Counted from the first letter of the stretch, positions 11,826 through 21,989 are shown. The stretch is DNA of 64,000 nt from Gemmatimonadota bacterium (GCA_039591655.1 JBDHDE010000002.1:1-64000); one strand, 5' to 3'. Notes: generated by a model from the sequence alone, not told the origin. Translations and numbers: made by a program.

Positions 11826-12555
11826 CGACGACGGCATCCTGGCCCATGGCCTGGAGGTGCTCGCCGAAGTGTGTCGCGGGGTGGGCACCGTGACCGTAGT
11901 GGCCCCGGATCGCGAACAGAGCGGCGCCAGCCATTCTCTCACCCTGGGCCGGCCCCTGCGCTCCACCCGGCGGCCGGACGGCGCACTCCAGGTTGACGGG
12001 ACGCCCACCGACTGCGTGCTCCTGGCCCTGGGCGTGCTGATGGAGGAGAAGCCCGACTTCGTCTTCTCGGGCATCAACCACGGTCCCAACATGGGCGAGG
12101 ACGTGCTCTACTCGGGCACCGTCGCCGCCGCCATGGAGGGACTCTCCTTCGGCATACCGGGCGTGGCCATTTCGTTTGCAGGCGGCAATATCGAACTCCT
12201 AGAGAGCCACCAGCCGTGGCTCGAGCGGCTCGTGGCCGACATCGTCAGGGTGGAGCGCTTCCCCGGCGAAACGCTGCTCAACATCAACCTGCCGCCGATC
12301 CCCGGCGACGAGATCCAGGGCATCCGGGTGACCACGCTGGGTAAGCGCGTCTACTCGGACTCCCTGGTGCGCACCACCGATCCATGGGGGCGCACCGGCT
12401 ACTGGATCGGCGGAGGCCAGATCTCCTGGTCGGGACGCGAGGACTCCGACTTTCGAGCCATCCAAGAAGGGTGCGTCTCGGTCACACCGCTCCACGTCGA
12501 TCTGACGAACTACAGTCTCCTGGAAGACGTGCGCGCATGGCGACTGGGCGACTAG
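11806..12555 (+). CDS. surE: 5'/3'-nucleotidase SurE
   Basis: SNDDG, QSGASH, GTPTDC, SGINHGPN, YSGTVAAA. Confidence 0.96.
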   Translation: MNLLLSNDDGILAHGLEVLAEVCRGVGTVTVVAPDREQSGASHSLTLGRPLRSTRRPDGALQVDGTPTDCVLLALGVLMEEKPDFVFSGINHGPNMGEDVLYSGTVAAAMEGLSFGIPGVAISFAGGNIELLESHQPWLERLVADIVRVERFPGETLLNINLPPIPGDEIQGIRVTTLGKRVYSDSLVRTTDPWGRTGYWIGGGQISWSGREDSDFRAIQEGCVSVTPLHVDLTNYSLLEDVRAWRLGD

Positions 12556-13229
12556 CCGACAGCTACGGTGGCTACCGCGCCCGGCTCATGGAGGGGCTGC
12601 GGGACTGCGGCATCCGGGACCTGGCGGTACTGAGGGCGTTCGGCGAGACGCCGCGTCACCTGTTCGTGCCGGACGCACTGCGCCATCGGGCCTACGAGGA
12701 CGCCGCGCTCCCCATCGGTCACGGGCAGACGATCTCCCAGCCCGCGACGCAGGCCCGCTACCTCGAAGCCCTCCAGCTGGGCGGGCGAGAGCGGGTGCTG
12801 GAGATCGGTACCGGGTCGGGGTACCAGGCGGCGCTCCTCTCCCATCTGAGCGAGCAGGTGGTATCGGTCGAGCGGCTGCCGGAGCTCGCCGACCGGGCGA
12901 GAGCGGCACTGGAGGAGGCCGGCATACGGGGCGTCATGGTGGTCGTGGGCGACGGCTCCCTCGGGTGGCGGCCCGAGGCTCCCTACGACGCCATCCTGGT
13001 GGCGGCGGCAAGCCCCGTAGTCCCGGAGCCGCTGAAGCGGCAGCTCGCCGAGGGCGGACGGCTCATCGTCCCCCTCGAAGCCAGCGCTCTGCCGTTCGAC
13101 GCGCCTGGTGATCAGGTCCTCATCCGCGTGACCAAGCAGGCCGGGAAGTACTATGCCGAGCCCCTGGGCGACGCCCGCTTCGTTCCCCTCATCGGGCGAC
13201 ACGGCTTCCCCCGAGCGGAGGAGACGTAG
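12537..13229 (+). CDS. pcm: protein-L-isoaspartate O-methyltransferase
   Basis: [30 protein letters not shown]; start placed at ATG 12537 overlapping surE. Confidence 0.93.
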   Translation: MATGRLADSYGGYRARLMEGLRDCGIRDLAVLRAFGETPRHLFVPDALRHRAYEDAALPIGHGQTISQPATQARYLEALQLGGRERVLEIGTGSGYQAALLSHLSEQVVSVERLPELADRARAALEEAGIRGVMVVVGDGSLGWRPEAPYDAILVAAASPVVPEPLKRQLAEGGRLIVPLEASALPFDAPGDQVLIRVTKQAGKYYAEPLGDARFVPLIGRHGFPRAEET

Positions 13230-13231
13230 CG

Positions 13232-13912
13232 GTGTTCGAGGCCATCGTCACCTGGCTCACGGACACGATCTTCCGCCTGGGATATCCGGGCATCACGCTC
13301 CTCATGGCAATCGAGTCGTCGTTCTTCCCGTTCCCCAGCGAGGTCGTGCTCCCGCCGGCGGGATACCTCGCCGCCCAGGGACGCATGAGCGCGCCTCTTG
13401 CACTGGCCGCGGGGCTGCTCGGGAGTCTGGTCGGCGCGATCTTCAACTACTATCTGGCGGTGGTCCTGGGACGGCCGCTATTGCACAGGTATCACCGCTA
13501 TCTCCTCATGCGGGAGGCGTCGCTGGACCGGGCGGAGGCCTTCTTCCGACGGCACGGCGAGATCAGCACGTTCGTGGGAAGGCTGATCCCCGTGATCCGG
13601 CAGCTCATCTCGCTGCCGGCGGGACTCGCCCGCATGCGGCTGGACCGGTTCGCGCTGTACACGGCCCTGGGCGCCGGCATCTGGTGCGCGATCCTCACCG
13701 CGATCGGGTGGTACGTGGGGCAGCACGCTGAGGTGGTGACGGGCCTGGACGAGCTGACTCGCAACCCCGAAGTACGGCGGCTGAGCTCCCTGGCATTGCT
13801 GGCGCTGCTCCCGGTGATCGCCCTGGTCGTGGGCGTCTACGTGTACCGCCAGCGCCGCAGGGGCACGGCCGGGCCCGAGCGCTCCGTGGCAGGGCAGGGG
13901 GGAGCCCCGTGA
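13232..13912 (+). CDS. DedA family membrane protein
   Basis: [27 protein letters not shown]. Confidence 0.9.
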   Translation: MFEAIVTWLTDTIFRLGYPGITLLMAIESSFFPFPSEVVLPPAGYLAAQGRMSAPLALAAGLLGSLVGAIFNYYLAVVLGRPLLHRYHRYLLMREASLDRAEAFFRRHGEISTFVGRLIPVIRQLISLPAGLARMRLDRFALYTALGAGIWCAILTAIGWYVGQHAEVVTGLDELTRNPEVRRLSSLALLALLPVIALVVGVYVYRQRRRGTAGPERSVAGQGGAP

Positions 13913-14196
13913 CCGAGGGCGGCACCAGGGCCGCCCGCTGGCTCATCTCGGGCCGGGTCCAAGGGGTCGGCTTCCGCTGGTTCGTACTGCGGGAAGCCGA
14001 GCGCCTCGGTCTGGGGGGGTGGGTGCGCAACCTTAGCGACGGCCGGGTGGAGGCGGCCGCCGTGGGTTCTGAGGTGGCTGTGGGGGAGTTCGAGGCGGCC
14101 CTGAGAAGAGGGCCGCGCATGGCGCATGTGGAAAGTGTGGAAAAGGCCGACGTTCCACATGACGCCTTGGACCATAAGACCTTTCATGTCAAATAG
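13909..14196 (+). CDS. acyP: acylphosphatase
   Basis: [14 protein letters not shown]. Confidence 0.95.
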   Translation: MTEGGTRAARWLISGRVQGVGFRWFVLREAERLGLGGWVRNLSDGRVEAAAVGSEVAVGEFEAALRRGPRMAHVESVEKADVPHDALDHKTFHVK

Positions 14197-14198
14197 TT

Positions 14199-14756
14199 AT
14201 GACGACAAAGCGCGCAGCCAAGGACACCTTACGTGGTTTGTACGATGCCATCAAGGAAGTCCCCGACTTTCCGTCGCCGGGAATCGTCTATCGAGACATT
14301 ACGCCGGTTCTGCAGGACCCGGTGCTGTTTCGGCAGGCGGTCAGGCGGCTGGCCGCGCCGGCCAAGGAGCTGGGCGTTCAGAAGGTCCTGGGGATAGAGG
14401 CCGGCGGATTCCTGTTGGGGGGCCCCGTGAGCCTCGAGCTCAAGGCCGGCCTGGTGCCGGCGAGGAAGCGGGGCAAGCTTCCCAACGTGACCCACCAGAT
14501 CGAGTACGGACCGGAGTACAGCTCCGATGCCATCGAGATCCACCGCGCTGCCATCCAACCGGGTGAGCGCATCCTGGTGGTGGACGACGTGCTGGCCACC
14601 GGTGCCACTGCCGAAGCGGCGGTGCGTGCGGTGCGCGAGGCCGCCGGGGAGGTGTTGGGAATGAGCGTCCTGTTGGAACTGCTCGAGCTCGACGGGCGCG
14701 CGAAACTCGAAGCGATACCGCTGTGGAGCGTGCTGACGTATCCGAGGAAGGGGTAA
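14199..14756 (+). CDS. apt: adenine phosphoribosyltransferase
   Basis: PDFPSPGI..RDITP, RKRGKLP, VVDDVLATG PRPP motif. Confidence 0.93.
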   Translation: MTTKRAAKDTLRGLYDAIKEVPDFPSPGIVYRDITPVLQDPVLFRQAVRRLAAPAKELGVQKVLGIEAGGFLLGGPVSLELKAGLVPARKRGKLPNVTHQIEYGPEYSSDAIEIHRAAIQPGERILVVDDVLATGATAEAAVRAVREAAGEVLGMSVLLELLELDGRAKLEAIPLWSVLTYPRKG

Positions 14757-14823
14757 GAGGAAAGGACGCCGGAGCTTCCGGGTTCATTCCGCCGCGCGAC
14801 CCGGTTAGCTTTTGTCGTCCCTA

Positions 14824-14897
14824 GCCCCTGTAGCTCAGTTGGATAGAGCAGCGGTTTCCTAAACCGTTGGCCGGGTGTTCGAGTCACCCCAGGGGCA
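14824..14897 (+). tRNA. tRNA-Arg (anticodon CCT), CCA not encoded
   Basis: Acceptor GCCCCTG/CAGGGGC, D-arm GCTC..GAGC, anticodon arm GCGGT-TTCCTAA-ACCGT, T-loop TTCGAGT. Confidence 0.97.
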
Positions 14898-14940
14898 TAG
14901 CGCAGGGGTCCCGATCACGCATGCGTTTCATAGAGGCACT

Positions 14941-15639
14941 GTGACGAAGAAGCTAAAGGCGAAGCAAGCGCAACCGGAACAGACCAAGGCGCCCGAGCAG
15001 CGGGACCGGGCGGAGCAGATCCTAGAATGGGCTCAGAAGCACCGCAGGCCCATACTCGGCACCGCCGCCGCCGCAGTGGTGATCGCCATCGGTGTGTGGT
15101 TCACCATCGAGTACCAACGGCGCAAGGATGCGGCAGCCGAACAGGCCCTCAACCAGGCCCGGGTGGCCGCGCAGTCGGGCAATCTCCCGCTGGCGGCGAG
15201 CGACCTCTCACGGCTCATCGGGAGCTACGGTGGCACCGCGGCGGCCGACCAGGCGACCATCATCCTCGCGCGGGTGCGGCTGGCACAGGGCCAGGCGGCC
15301 CTGGCAGCCGAAGAGCTCCGCGCGGCGCTGGGTAGTCGGTTGGGAAATCAGTTCCGGGCGTCGGCCTACGGGCTCCTCGGCACGGCCCTCGAGGAGGTCG
15401 GCAACCTCACCGAGGCGGGCGAGGCCTTCGAGCAGGCCGCCGACGCCGCATGGTACGCCTTCCTCAAGGCCCAGTACCTGACGGAGGCCGGTAGGGCCTT
15501 CTGGGCGGCCAACGACACGACCAGGGCCATCGCGGCGTATGAGCGCGTCGTGCGCGACTTCGAGGGCGCGCCCAGCGCCACCGAGGCACGGGTGCGCCTG
15601 GGCGAGCTCAGGGGCGCCCCGGGGGCCGCCAGGGGCTGA
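14941..15639 (+). CDS. membrane-anchored TPR protein (YfgM-like)
   Basis: Single N-terminal TM helix followed by TPR helices; GTG at 14941 with GAGG. Confidence 0.75.
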   Translation: MTKKLKAKQAQPEQTKAPEQRDRAEQILEWAQKHRRPILGTAAAAVVIAIGVWFTIEYQRRKDAAAEQALNQARVAAQSGNLPLAASDLSRLIGSYGGTAAADQATIILARVRLAQGQAALAAEELRAALGSRLGNQFRASAYGLLGTALEEVGNLTEAGEAFEQAADAAWYAFLKAQYLTEAGRAFWAANDTTRAIAAYERVVRDFEGAPSATEARVRLGELRGAPGAARG

Positions 15640-15660
15640 TCCGGCGACCTCAGCGACCCC

Positions 15661-15697
15661 AGTAGGGCGGCAGCTAGCGCCTGCCGCCCTATTCTGT
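15661..15697 (+). terminator. intrinsic terminator-like hairpin
   Basis: AGTAGGGCGGCAG-CTAGCGC-CTGCCGCCCTATT followed by CTGTT. Confidence 0.65.
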
Positions 15698-15709
15698 TGC
15701 TCCAGCTTA

Positions 15710-15737
15710 ACTGCGTATAAGATATGTTATGTTAAGC
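15710..15737 (+). other. dif: dif chromosome dimer resolution site (XerC/XerD)
   Basis: ACTGCGTATAA-GATATG-TTATGTTAAGC versus E. coli GGTGCGCATAA-TGTATA-TTATGTTAAAT (8/11 and 9/11 arms, 6-bp spacer); at the gene-orientation convergence. Confidence 0.88.
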
Positions 15738-15752
15738 TAGCGGGCCTTACTC

Positions 15753-15761
15753 TGTGGATAA
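15753..15761 (-). promoter_or_regulatory. perfect DnaA box (TTATCCACA)
   Basis: TGTGGATAA on the + strand; function here unproven. Confidence 0.45.
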
Positions 15762-15919
15762 GTGCCCGGGGTGCCCCGATGGCGGCATACAACACCTCCA
15801 CCCCCAATGAGTTACGCAGGAAGGAATCAGGAAGGCAGATGTGCGTCCTGGGGTGCCGACTGCGTCATCGTGACGACAGCGGCCGAACCGGCAGGAGGGC
15901 CGACGAGGTGGCAGGGTGA

Positions 15920-16741
15920 TCAGCTGCAGAGGACCGCGCGGAAGACGAGACGCCCCTCCCCTTCCAACCGTGGCCGGCCGAGCCCGCCGTCGGACGCGGG
16001 GTCGGCCGAGACCGTGAGGAGCGCGCCGGAGGAGGTCCGGATCTCCACCGGAGGGACGACGCCGTCAACCCGCGACAGCACAGCAGCGGCAGCGGCAGCG
16101 CCGGTGCCGCAGGCCAAGGTCTCGGCCTCGACGCCACGCTCGTAGGTACGCATGCGCCACTCGCCGGAGCCGGTCCCCACGAAGTTGACGTTGGCCCCGT
16201 CCGCGCCAACCGCGGGGTGGCACCTGAGGTCCCTGCCCCGCTCCATGAGCGCCACGGCCGCGACGTCCTCGACGAGCACCACGAGGTGGGGGACCCCCAC
16301 CGCGGTTAGATGAATGGAGCGCTCCCCCGGGGCCGGCGCGATGTCCGGCACGGTGATCTGTGCGATGGCCGGGAGGAGGATCTCGGCCCGCTCCCCGGGA
16401 CCGTGGAGGCACCGGGCTCGGACCTCCCCGGAGTCGGTCTCCAGGGTGAGGCCTTCCGCGGGCGCCATCTCGAGCCAGCACGCGAGGCGCGTGGCGCAGA
16501 GGGCCGCATTGCCGCACATGGCCGAGCGGCCCCCGTCGCTATTGAAGAAGTTGAAGCGGACCGCTGCGGGCCCGGAGCCCGGCTCGAGCACTGCGAGGCC
16601 ATCGGCCCCGATGCCGGTGCCCCGAGCGCAGATAGCGCGGATCCGCTCCGGCGTCCAATCCCCCAGCCGCTGGTTGCGCCCGTCCAGCATCACGAAGTCG
16701 TTGCCCGACCCCGTCATTTTGTAGACAACCGTGCCGTCCAC
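15920..16741 (-). CDS. dapF: diaminopimelate epimerase
   Basis: KMTGSGNDF, GIGADG, MCGN, ERGVEAETLACGTG. Confidence 0.95.
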   Translation of the reverse strand: MDGTVVYKMTGSGNDFVMLDGRNQRLGDWTPERIRAICARGTGIGADGLAVLEPGSGPAAVRFNFFNSDGGRSAMCGNAALCATRLACWLEMAPAEGLTLETDSGEVRARCLHGPGERAEILLPAIAQITVPDIAPAPGERSIHLTAVGVPHLVVLVEDVAAVALMERGRDLRCHPAVGADGANVNFVGTGSGEWRMRTYERGVEAETLACGTGAAAAAAVLSRVDGVVPPVEIRTSSGALLTVSADPASDGGLGRPRLEGEGRLVFRAVLCS

Positions 16742-16807
16742 GAATCAACTACCTGGTTGAGCCTCGGGGCCGCCGGGCGGCACTGACCGGTCGGTCAGCA
16801 CCACAAT

Positions 16808-17533
16808 TCACTTGAGCCGCCGGAAGATGGCCTTGAGGCGTAACAGCCACACCATCCACACGGCCTCCCTCACGATGGCGCCGGACATCTTGCTGGTCCC
16901 CTCCACCCGGTCCACGAACACGATGGGGATCTCGCGGATGCGGAATCCCTTGCGGGAGGCCCGGAAGCTCATCTCGATCTGGAAGGAGTAGCCGTTGGAG
17001 TGCACGGCATCCAGGTCGACGGCCTCCAGCACCCCGCGCCGGAAGCACTTGAAGCCCCCGGTGGCGTCGTAGATGCGGTGTCCGGTGACGATGCGGGCGT
17101 AGATGTTGGCGAAGTAGCTCAACAGGAGCCGCGACATGGGCCAGTTCACCACGGTGACGCGGCCCTTGAGGTAGCGGGACCCCAACACCAGATCCGCGTC
17201 CTGCACGGCCGCGAGGAACTCGGGCAGGTGCTTGGGATCGTGAGAGCCGTCGGCATCCATCTCGAAGACGTAGTCGTACGCCCGCTCGAGGGCCCACTTG
17301 AAGCCGGTGAGATACGCCGTCCCAAGCCCCAGCTTGCCCTCTCGGTGCAGCACGTGGATGCGGGAATCCTCGCCCGCTAGGCCGTCGGCGATCTCCCCCG
17401 TCCCGTCCGGCGAGTTGTCGTCGATCACCAACACTTCGATCCGCTCATCCTGCTCCAGGATGCGGGGAACGATCTGCCTGATGTTGCTGGCCTCGTTGTA
17501 TGTCGGGACGATCACCAGGGCCCGCTCAGCCAC
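16808..17533 (-). CDS. polyprenol monophosphomannose synthase (GT2, Ppm1/Dpm1-like)
   Basis: PTYNE, DDNSPDGT, GLGTAY, MDAD, GSRY, DATGGFKCFRR, GYSFQIE. Confidence 0.9.
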   Translation of the reverse strand: MAERALVIVPTYNEASNIRQIVPRILEQDERIEVLVIDDNSPDGTGEIADGLAGEDSRIHVLHREGKLGLGTAYLTGFKWALERAYDYVFEMDADGSHDPKHLPEFLAAVQDADLVLGSRYLKGRVTVVNWPMSRLLLSYFANIYARIVTGHRIYDATGGFKCFRRGVLEAVDLDAVHSNGYSFQIEMSFRASRKGFRIREIPIVFVDRVEGTSKMSGAIVREAVWMVWLLRLKAIFRRLK

Positions 17534-19919
17534 GCTCTCGCCTCCTGCGTTGAGCCACCGGGATCACGATTCCCGCCACCACGAGGGTGAGGCTCGCGAT
17601 CGAGATCCACTTGCCGAGTCGGTAGTCGCCGCTCTCCAACTCCAGCTCCACGATCTCCGCTCCGGTGGGGACCGGAACGGTAATCAGGGAGACGTCTCCG
17701 CGCACCACCGGCACCGGACGCCCGTCCACCCTGCCCTGCCAGTCCGGGTACCAGTTCTCGCTCACCACGAGGTAGGCGTCTTGCGGCGCGGCCGGGGAGA
17801 TGCGAAGACGCATGGCACCGGGGCGCCACTGCTCTATCTGCACCGACACATCCAGCGGGTCCGGCAGGTCGCTCACCGCAGCGGGCTCCACCGAGCTCTC
17901 CGGAGCGAGCAGCACGACGCGAGCCGGGTCGAAGTTGGTCCGGGGATCCACGATGACCGGGATGGCCTGCTCATTGGGGACCTTCACCGCCGCCGGAACC
18001 AGGCGCCCGTACGGCACCGGCTCGCTTCGCTGGAACAGATCCGCCACCTCCCCCGGCGCCGTTCGCGCGCCGGCCACCACTCGCTCGTACCCCGCCAGGA
18101 GCTGCGCCAGGCCGGGGTCGGCGTCGATCTGGCCCGCAGGCGTGGCCACATATTGAATGCCCAAGATGTCCCACACCCGGGGGCTCCCCAGGAAGCGCCA
18201 CTGGTTCTTGCCCCCCAACAGCTCATCGAAGTTGTGCAGCTCGTTTCCATGGTGCCCCAGGAGCTGCGGTATGCCGAACGCCATGAGGCTGGAGCCGGGA
18301 TAGGCATTGAGGTTGAGCACCCGCAGCGGCTTGGGCTCCGCCGCCAGGCGCTCGGTGATGGGGTCGGGAGCGTAGAGCCCATCCCGCGGCGCCGCGCTGT
18401 AGATCCAGAAAGGCCTGGCGTTGAGGAACAGATCGGCGCCCACCAACAGGGGGAGGCCCGCCAGGAAGACGGGCAGGGCGGCCTTCCCCCTGAGCCGGAG
18501 CAGTGTCAGCGCCCCGAGCGCCAGGAGGGCGACGCCGCTCCACACGGCACCGGTGCCGATGCCGTCCTTGGCGCCCGACACGCTGGCGAGGGAGCGGGCA
18601 GAGGTCTCCAGCCCCTTGGCGAGGCCCTCGGCTAGGCCGCCGAATGCACCGGCGAGCCCCAGCAGGACTACTGCTGCCCCGGTCCCCAGCCACGCATGCA
18701 CGTGCCGCCTTCCCTCCCCCCGCTGCAACCGCTCCGCCCCGAACGCCGCGAACAGCGACACGATCAGCGCCACCACGAAGAGGGCCATCCCGGGCGCCCG
18801 GGTCTGCTTCACGAATGGCATGACCGTCCACCACACGCGGTAGAACGGCGTGGCCGAGCCGAGGCACACCAGTAGGAAGAGCAACCCTACGCCGCCGAGC
18901 CAGAGGCTGAGGCGCCTCCGCGCACCGCCCGCGGCCCCCAGAGCGGCCAGGGCCACCACGGAGAGGCCGAGGTACTCCGAGTGGAGCTTGAGGGGGTTCG
19001 AGCCCCAGTAGGTCTCCGCGGCGCCCACGAACCGGGAGAGGAAGAACTCCGGCACGTGCACCCAGGGGATCGCGTAGGACGTGGAGCCCTCGAATCCGTA
19101 ATACCCCGTCGCCCGGGGGGACCACGGGATGTAGTGGTAGAAGGGGATCACCTGGATCATGGCGATCCCGAAGCCCAGCAGCACCGCCCCCAGCGCGAGT
19201 CCCAACAGCGCGACACGCCGGCCCAGCGGCTCCTCGGTGGGCTCGCCGAACGTCAGGTACAGCGCAAACAGCCCCGCCGCGATGAGCAGGTAGTAGGTCA
19301 TCTGATAGTGCGGCGACAGCAGTGCGAGCCCCACGGTCAGGGCCAACAGTCCGTAGCCCTCCCACCGCCTGCTGCGCAGCGCCAGCACCAGGGCGATCAG
19401 CGCCAGGGGCAGCAGCGCGGTCACGAACAGCTTGCCGTCGTGTCCCGGCGCGGGGTACGACCCCACGACCCCGGAGAGCTGGTACGCCATGCCGCCCACC
19501 ACCGAGCCGAGCCAGGAGACGCCCAGCAGGCGCAACAGGAGGTAGACGAACAGCCCCGCCGCGATGTAGTGGATGACGAACCCGAGGTTCATCACCACTT
19601 CAGTGGGCAGGATCAGCCGGAACCAGGACGTCCAGTAGAAGATGTCCCCATGCTGGGCCGCCACGAACGGTAGGCCCCCGAACAGCTCCGGGTTCCACAG
19701 CGCCACGCCTCCGGTGGCGCGGAACTGCTCAGCGCCCCACGCCCGGAAGGCGTAACCGGTGGCGTACTGATCGCTCCAGGGACCGGCGAGCCACTTCCCC
19801 ACCAGCATGGGCAGCGATAGCACCACGACCCAGAGGGACAACAACGCCGTCGCGACCAGTGTGGGCCGGGGCGGCGTCTTGAGCTCCGAGGCTTCAGGAT
19901 TGGGATGGCTCAACCACAT
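17526..19919 (-). CDS. YfhO-like multi-TM GT-C glycosyltransferase
   Basis: Many TM helices, SDQ/WNP..FGGLP N-terminal motif, C-terminal LVVSENWYPDW...VDG domain. Confidence 0.78.
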   Translation of the reverse strand: MWLSHPNPEASELKTPPRPTLVATALLSLWVVVLSLPMLVGKWLAGPWSDQYATGYAFRAWGAEQFRATGGVALWNPELFGGLPFVAAQHGDIFYWTSWFRLILPTEVVMNLGFVIHYIAAGLFVYLLLRLLGVSWLGSVVGGMAYQLSGVVGSYPAPGHDGKLFVTALLPLALIALVLALRSRRWEGYGLLALTVGLALLSPHYQMTYYLLIAAGLFALYLTFGEPTEEPLGRRVALLGLALGAVLLGFGIAMIQVIPFYHYIPWSPRATGYYGFEGSTSYAIPWVHVPEFFLSRFVGAAETYWGSNPLKLHSEYLGLSVVALAALGAAGGARRRLSLWLGGVGLLFLLVCLGSATPFYRVWWTVMPFVKQTRAPGMALFVVALIVSLFAAFGAERLQRGEGRRHVHAWLGTGAAVVLLGLAGAFGGLAEGLAKGLETSARSLASVSGAKDGIGTGAVWSGVALLALGALTLLRLRGKAALPVFLAGLPLLVGADLFLNARPFWIYSAAPRDGLYAPDPITERLAAEPKPLRVLNLNAYPGSSLMAFGIPQLLGHHGNELHNFDELLGGKNQWRFLGSPRVWDILGIQYVATPAGQIDADPGLAQLLAGYERVVAGARTAPGEVADLFQRSEPVPYGRLVPAAVKVPNEQAIPVIVDPRTNFDPARVVLLAPESSVEPAAVSDLPDPLDVSVQIEQWRPGAMRLRISPAAPQDAYLVVSENWYPDWQGRVDGRPVPVVRGDVSLITVPVPTGAEIVELELESGDYRLGKWISIASLTLVVAGIVIPVAQRRRRERG

Positions 19920-20811
19920 CCTCCTTCGGCTGCCCCACGATAGCCGCCGCCGCGAGCGCGGCCGCTACCTCGGCAACGGTCAGTACCAGCCGCGACGCAA
20001 CGCTGAGCCCGATGGCCGGCCCGCTACCCACCAGCGGTGCCAGCTGCCCCACGAAGGCGAGCTCCCGCACGCCGAGGCCTCCCGGGATGAACACCGCCAT
20101 GAGGCCCACGAGGTATCCGAGAGCGAACACTCCGGCGGCCGTCGCGAGCGACAGGTTCTCGATCCCGAGCCCCCGCGCCAGGCACCAGAATGCCAGGCCG
20201 TAGACCCCCCAGCTCACCAGGGTCAGGCTGCCGGCGGCCAGGACGGTCCCGACGGGGAGGGCTCTGAGCTCCGCGCGGGGACCCACCAGCCGGTCGATGC
20301 GCCGCACCGCGCGCTCCCACGTGAGGATGCCCAGCGTGGCCACTGCCGCCAGCGCGGCCAGGGCGAGCCCCAGAGCGTAGGTGCCCGGCCCCAGAGCCAC
20401 CATGATCACGATGACGCAGGTGCCCACGCCGAGAGCCTGAATTGCGACGGCCGAGCCCCCCGCCGCCCACGGAGCGACCCCGGCTCCCCGGGCGAGCACG
20501 ATCAACCCCGCGACGCTCCAGAGCTTGCCGGGAACGTAGCGCCCCAGGTTGGCGACGCACCAGGCTCTAGCCGCTTCGGCATAGCCAATCCGTTGCCCCC
20601 AACCCGCGAGGATGGTGCGCCACGAGGCGATCTGCACCGCGTAGGTGAGCCAGGTAGACAGCGCCGACAGCACGATCCATCCCGGCTTCAGGCGAAACGC
20701 GAACTCGATGGTGCGGAACTCGTCCCAGCTGCGGGCCAGCGAGCGCCAGATGAAGACGGCCACGAGGGCAACCAGCGCCAGCTTCAGGACGAGCAGCCCG
20801 GTTCTACGCAC
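19894..20811 (-). CDS. UPF0104 / lysylphosphatidylglycerol synthase TM-domain protein (putative flippase)
   Basis: NLGRYVPGK, PGGLGVRE motifs; hydrophobic; GTG at 20811 overlaps upstream stop. Confidence 0.82.
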   Translation of the reverse strand: MRRTGLLVLKLALVALVAVFIWRSLARSWDEFRTIEFAFRLKPGWIVLSALSTWLTYAVQIASWRTILAGWGQRIGYAEAARAWCVANLGRYVPGKLWSVAGLIVLARGAGVAPWAAGGSAVAIQALGVGTCVIVIMVALGPGTYALGLALAALAAVATLGILTWERAVRRIDRLVGPRAELRALPVGTVLAAGSLTLVSWGVYGLAFWCLARGLGIENLSLATAAGVFALGYLVGLMAVFIPGGLGVRELAFVGQLAPLVGSGPAIGLSVASRLVLTVAEVAAALAAAAIVGQPKEDVVEPSQS

Positions 20812-21982
20812 GGCCAGCCTCCCCGGTCGTACCGCCCACCACCGCATACAGGGGCTCGTACGCGCACGCTACACTGTCGGGCCGCAGCTTGTCCCGCAGG
20901 TCCCGCCCGACTGAGGCGGCGGCCTCCCGGGCCGTCGCTCCCTCGTCGAGCAATTGGGCGATCGCCTGACCCATGGCCTCGGAGTCCCCCGGAGGAACCA
21001 GGCGCCCGGCCTCGCCCTCCGGTACGAGGTCGGTTACCCCGCCGCTCCGGGCGGCCGCCACCGGCACACCCAACATCAGGGCCTCGGCCACTGCCAACCC
21101 CAACCCTTCTCCCACCGCGGCAAAGGCGAAGACGTCGGCGGTGCGGAGCACCTCGGGAATCCGCTCCGGCGGTACGGTGCCGAGGAACGTCGTGAGGGAG
21201 TCTATTCCGGCTCTGGCAGCCCGACGCACCAGGGCGTCGCGCTCCGGCCCGTCCCCAACCACCGTGAGACGCATGGCCCTGCCCTGGTCCCGCAGCCACG
21301 CCATCGCGTCGATCAGCGTCGACACCTGCTTCTGCGCGGTGAGGCGCCCCACCGTGACGACGCCGCCACCACCCGAGCTCCCCTGCGTGAAGCGGTCCAC
21401 GTCCACCGGCATGGCTTGCACCGCGAGCGCCTCGGGCCTCAGCCCCAGCGCGCCGGCTGCCTGTGCCGCCAGGTAGGACGAGACCGCGCTGACCCGATTC
21501 GCCCGACGGAGCACCGCGGCCGCCACCATCCGCGCCGCCCGGGAGCGGCCCAACAGCGCCACATCGGTGCCGTGCAGCGTCACGACATAGGGCACCGTGG
21601 CCCCGAGCCAGGCGCTGAGGCCCCCGGGAATCCACCAGTGGGCATGAACCACGTCGACGCCCCGCTGCCATACCTCCCGCACCGTGGCCGCTGCCAGCGC
21701 GCCCACCAGTCCGCCGGCGCTGGCCACTCCCCGCAGCGAGCGCACGGCCTCCACCATCGTGCCCCGATACGCCAGCGTTTCCCAGCGAGACGGGGCGTAT
21801 CGCACGCGCCTCACCGTCACACCGGAGCGGTCATCCTCCCCTGCACTGCCGACATCGGCGGGCGCCACTACCGTGACCCGGTGCCCTCGGCCTCGTTGTG
21901 CCACCGCCAGGCGCTCGAGGAAGATCCCCGCCATGTCGCCATCCCAGCGGGGGTACGCATGGGTCACGTGGACGATGTGCAC
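20804..21982 (-). CDS. GT4 family glycosyltransferase
   Basis: HAHWWIP, HGTD, VGRL..QK, EGLGLAVAEA. Confidence 0.9.
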   Translation of the reverse strand: MHIVHVTHAYPRWDGDMAGIFLERLAVAQRGRGHRVTVVAPADVGSAGEDDRSGVTVRRVRYAPSRWETLAYRGTMVEAVRSLRGVASAGGLVGALAAATVREVWQRGVDVVHAHWWIPGGLSAWLGATVPYVVTLHGTDVALLGRSRAARMVAAAVLRRANRVSAVSSYLAAQAAGALGLRPEALAVQAMPVDVDRFTQGSSGGGGVVTVGRLTAQKQVSTLIDAMAWLRDQGRAMRLTVVGDGPERDALVRRAARAGIDSLTTFLGTVPPERIPEVLRTADVFAFAAVGEGLGLAVAEALMLGVPVAAARSGGVTDLVPEGEAGRLVPPGDSEAMGQAIAQLLDEGATAREAAASVGRDLRDKLRPDSVACAYEPLYAVVGGTTGEAGRA

Positions 21983-21989
21983 GGGGTGA

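Noticed and set aside
15700..15830. oriC
   Set aside because: Only one DnaA box, no dnaA/dnaN/gidA neighbours, genes converge rather than diverge, and a dif motif is present
16078..16100. GCAGCG-type tandem repeat
   Set aside because: Encodes the poly-Ala stretch after the catalytic motif of DapF
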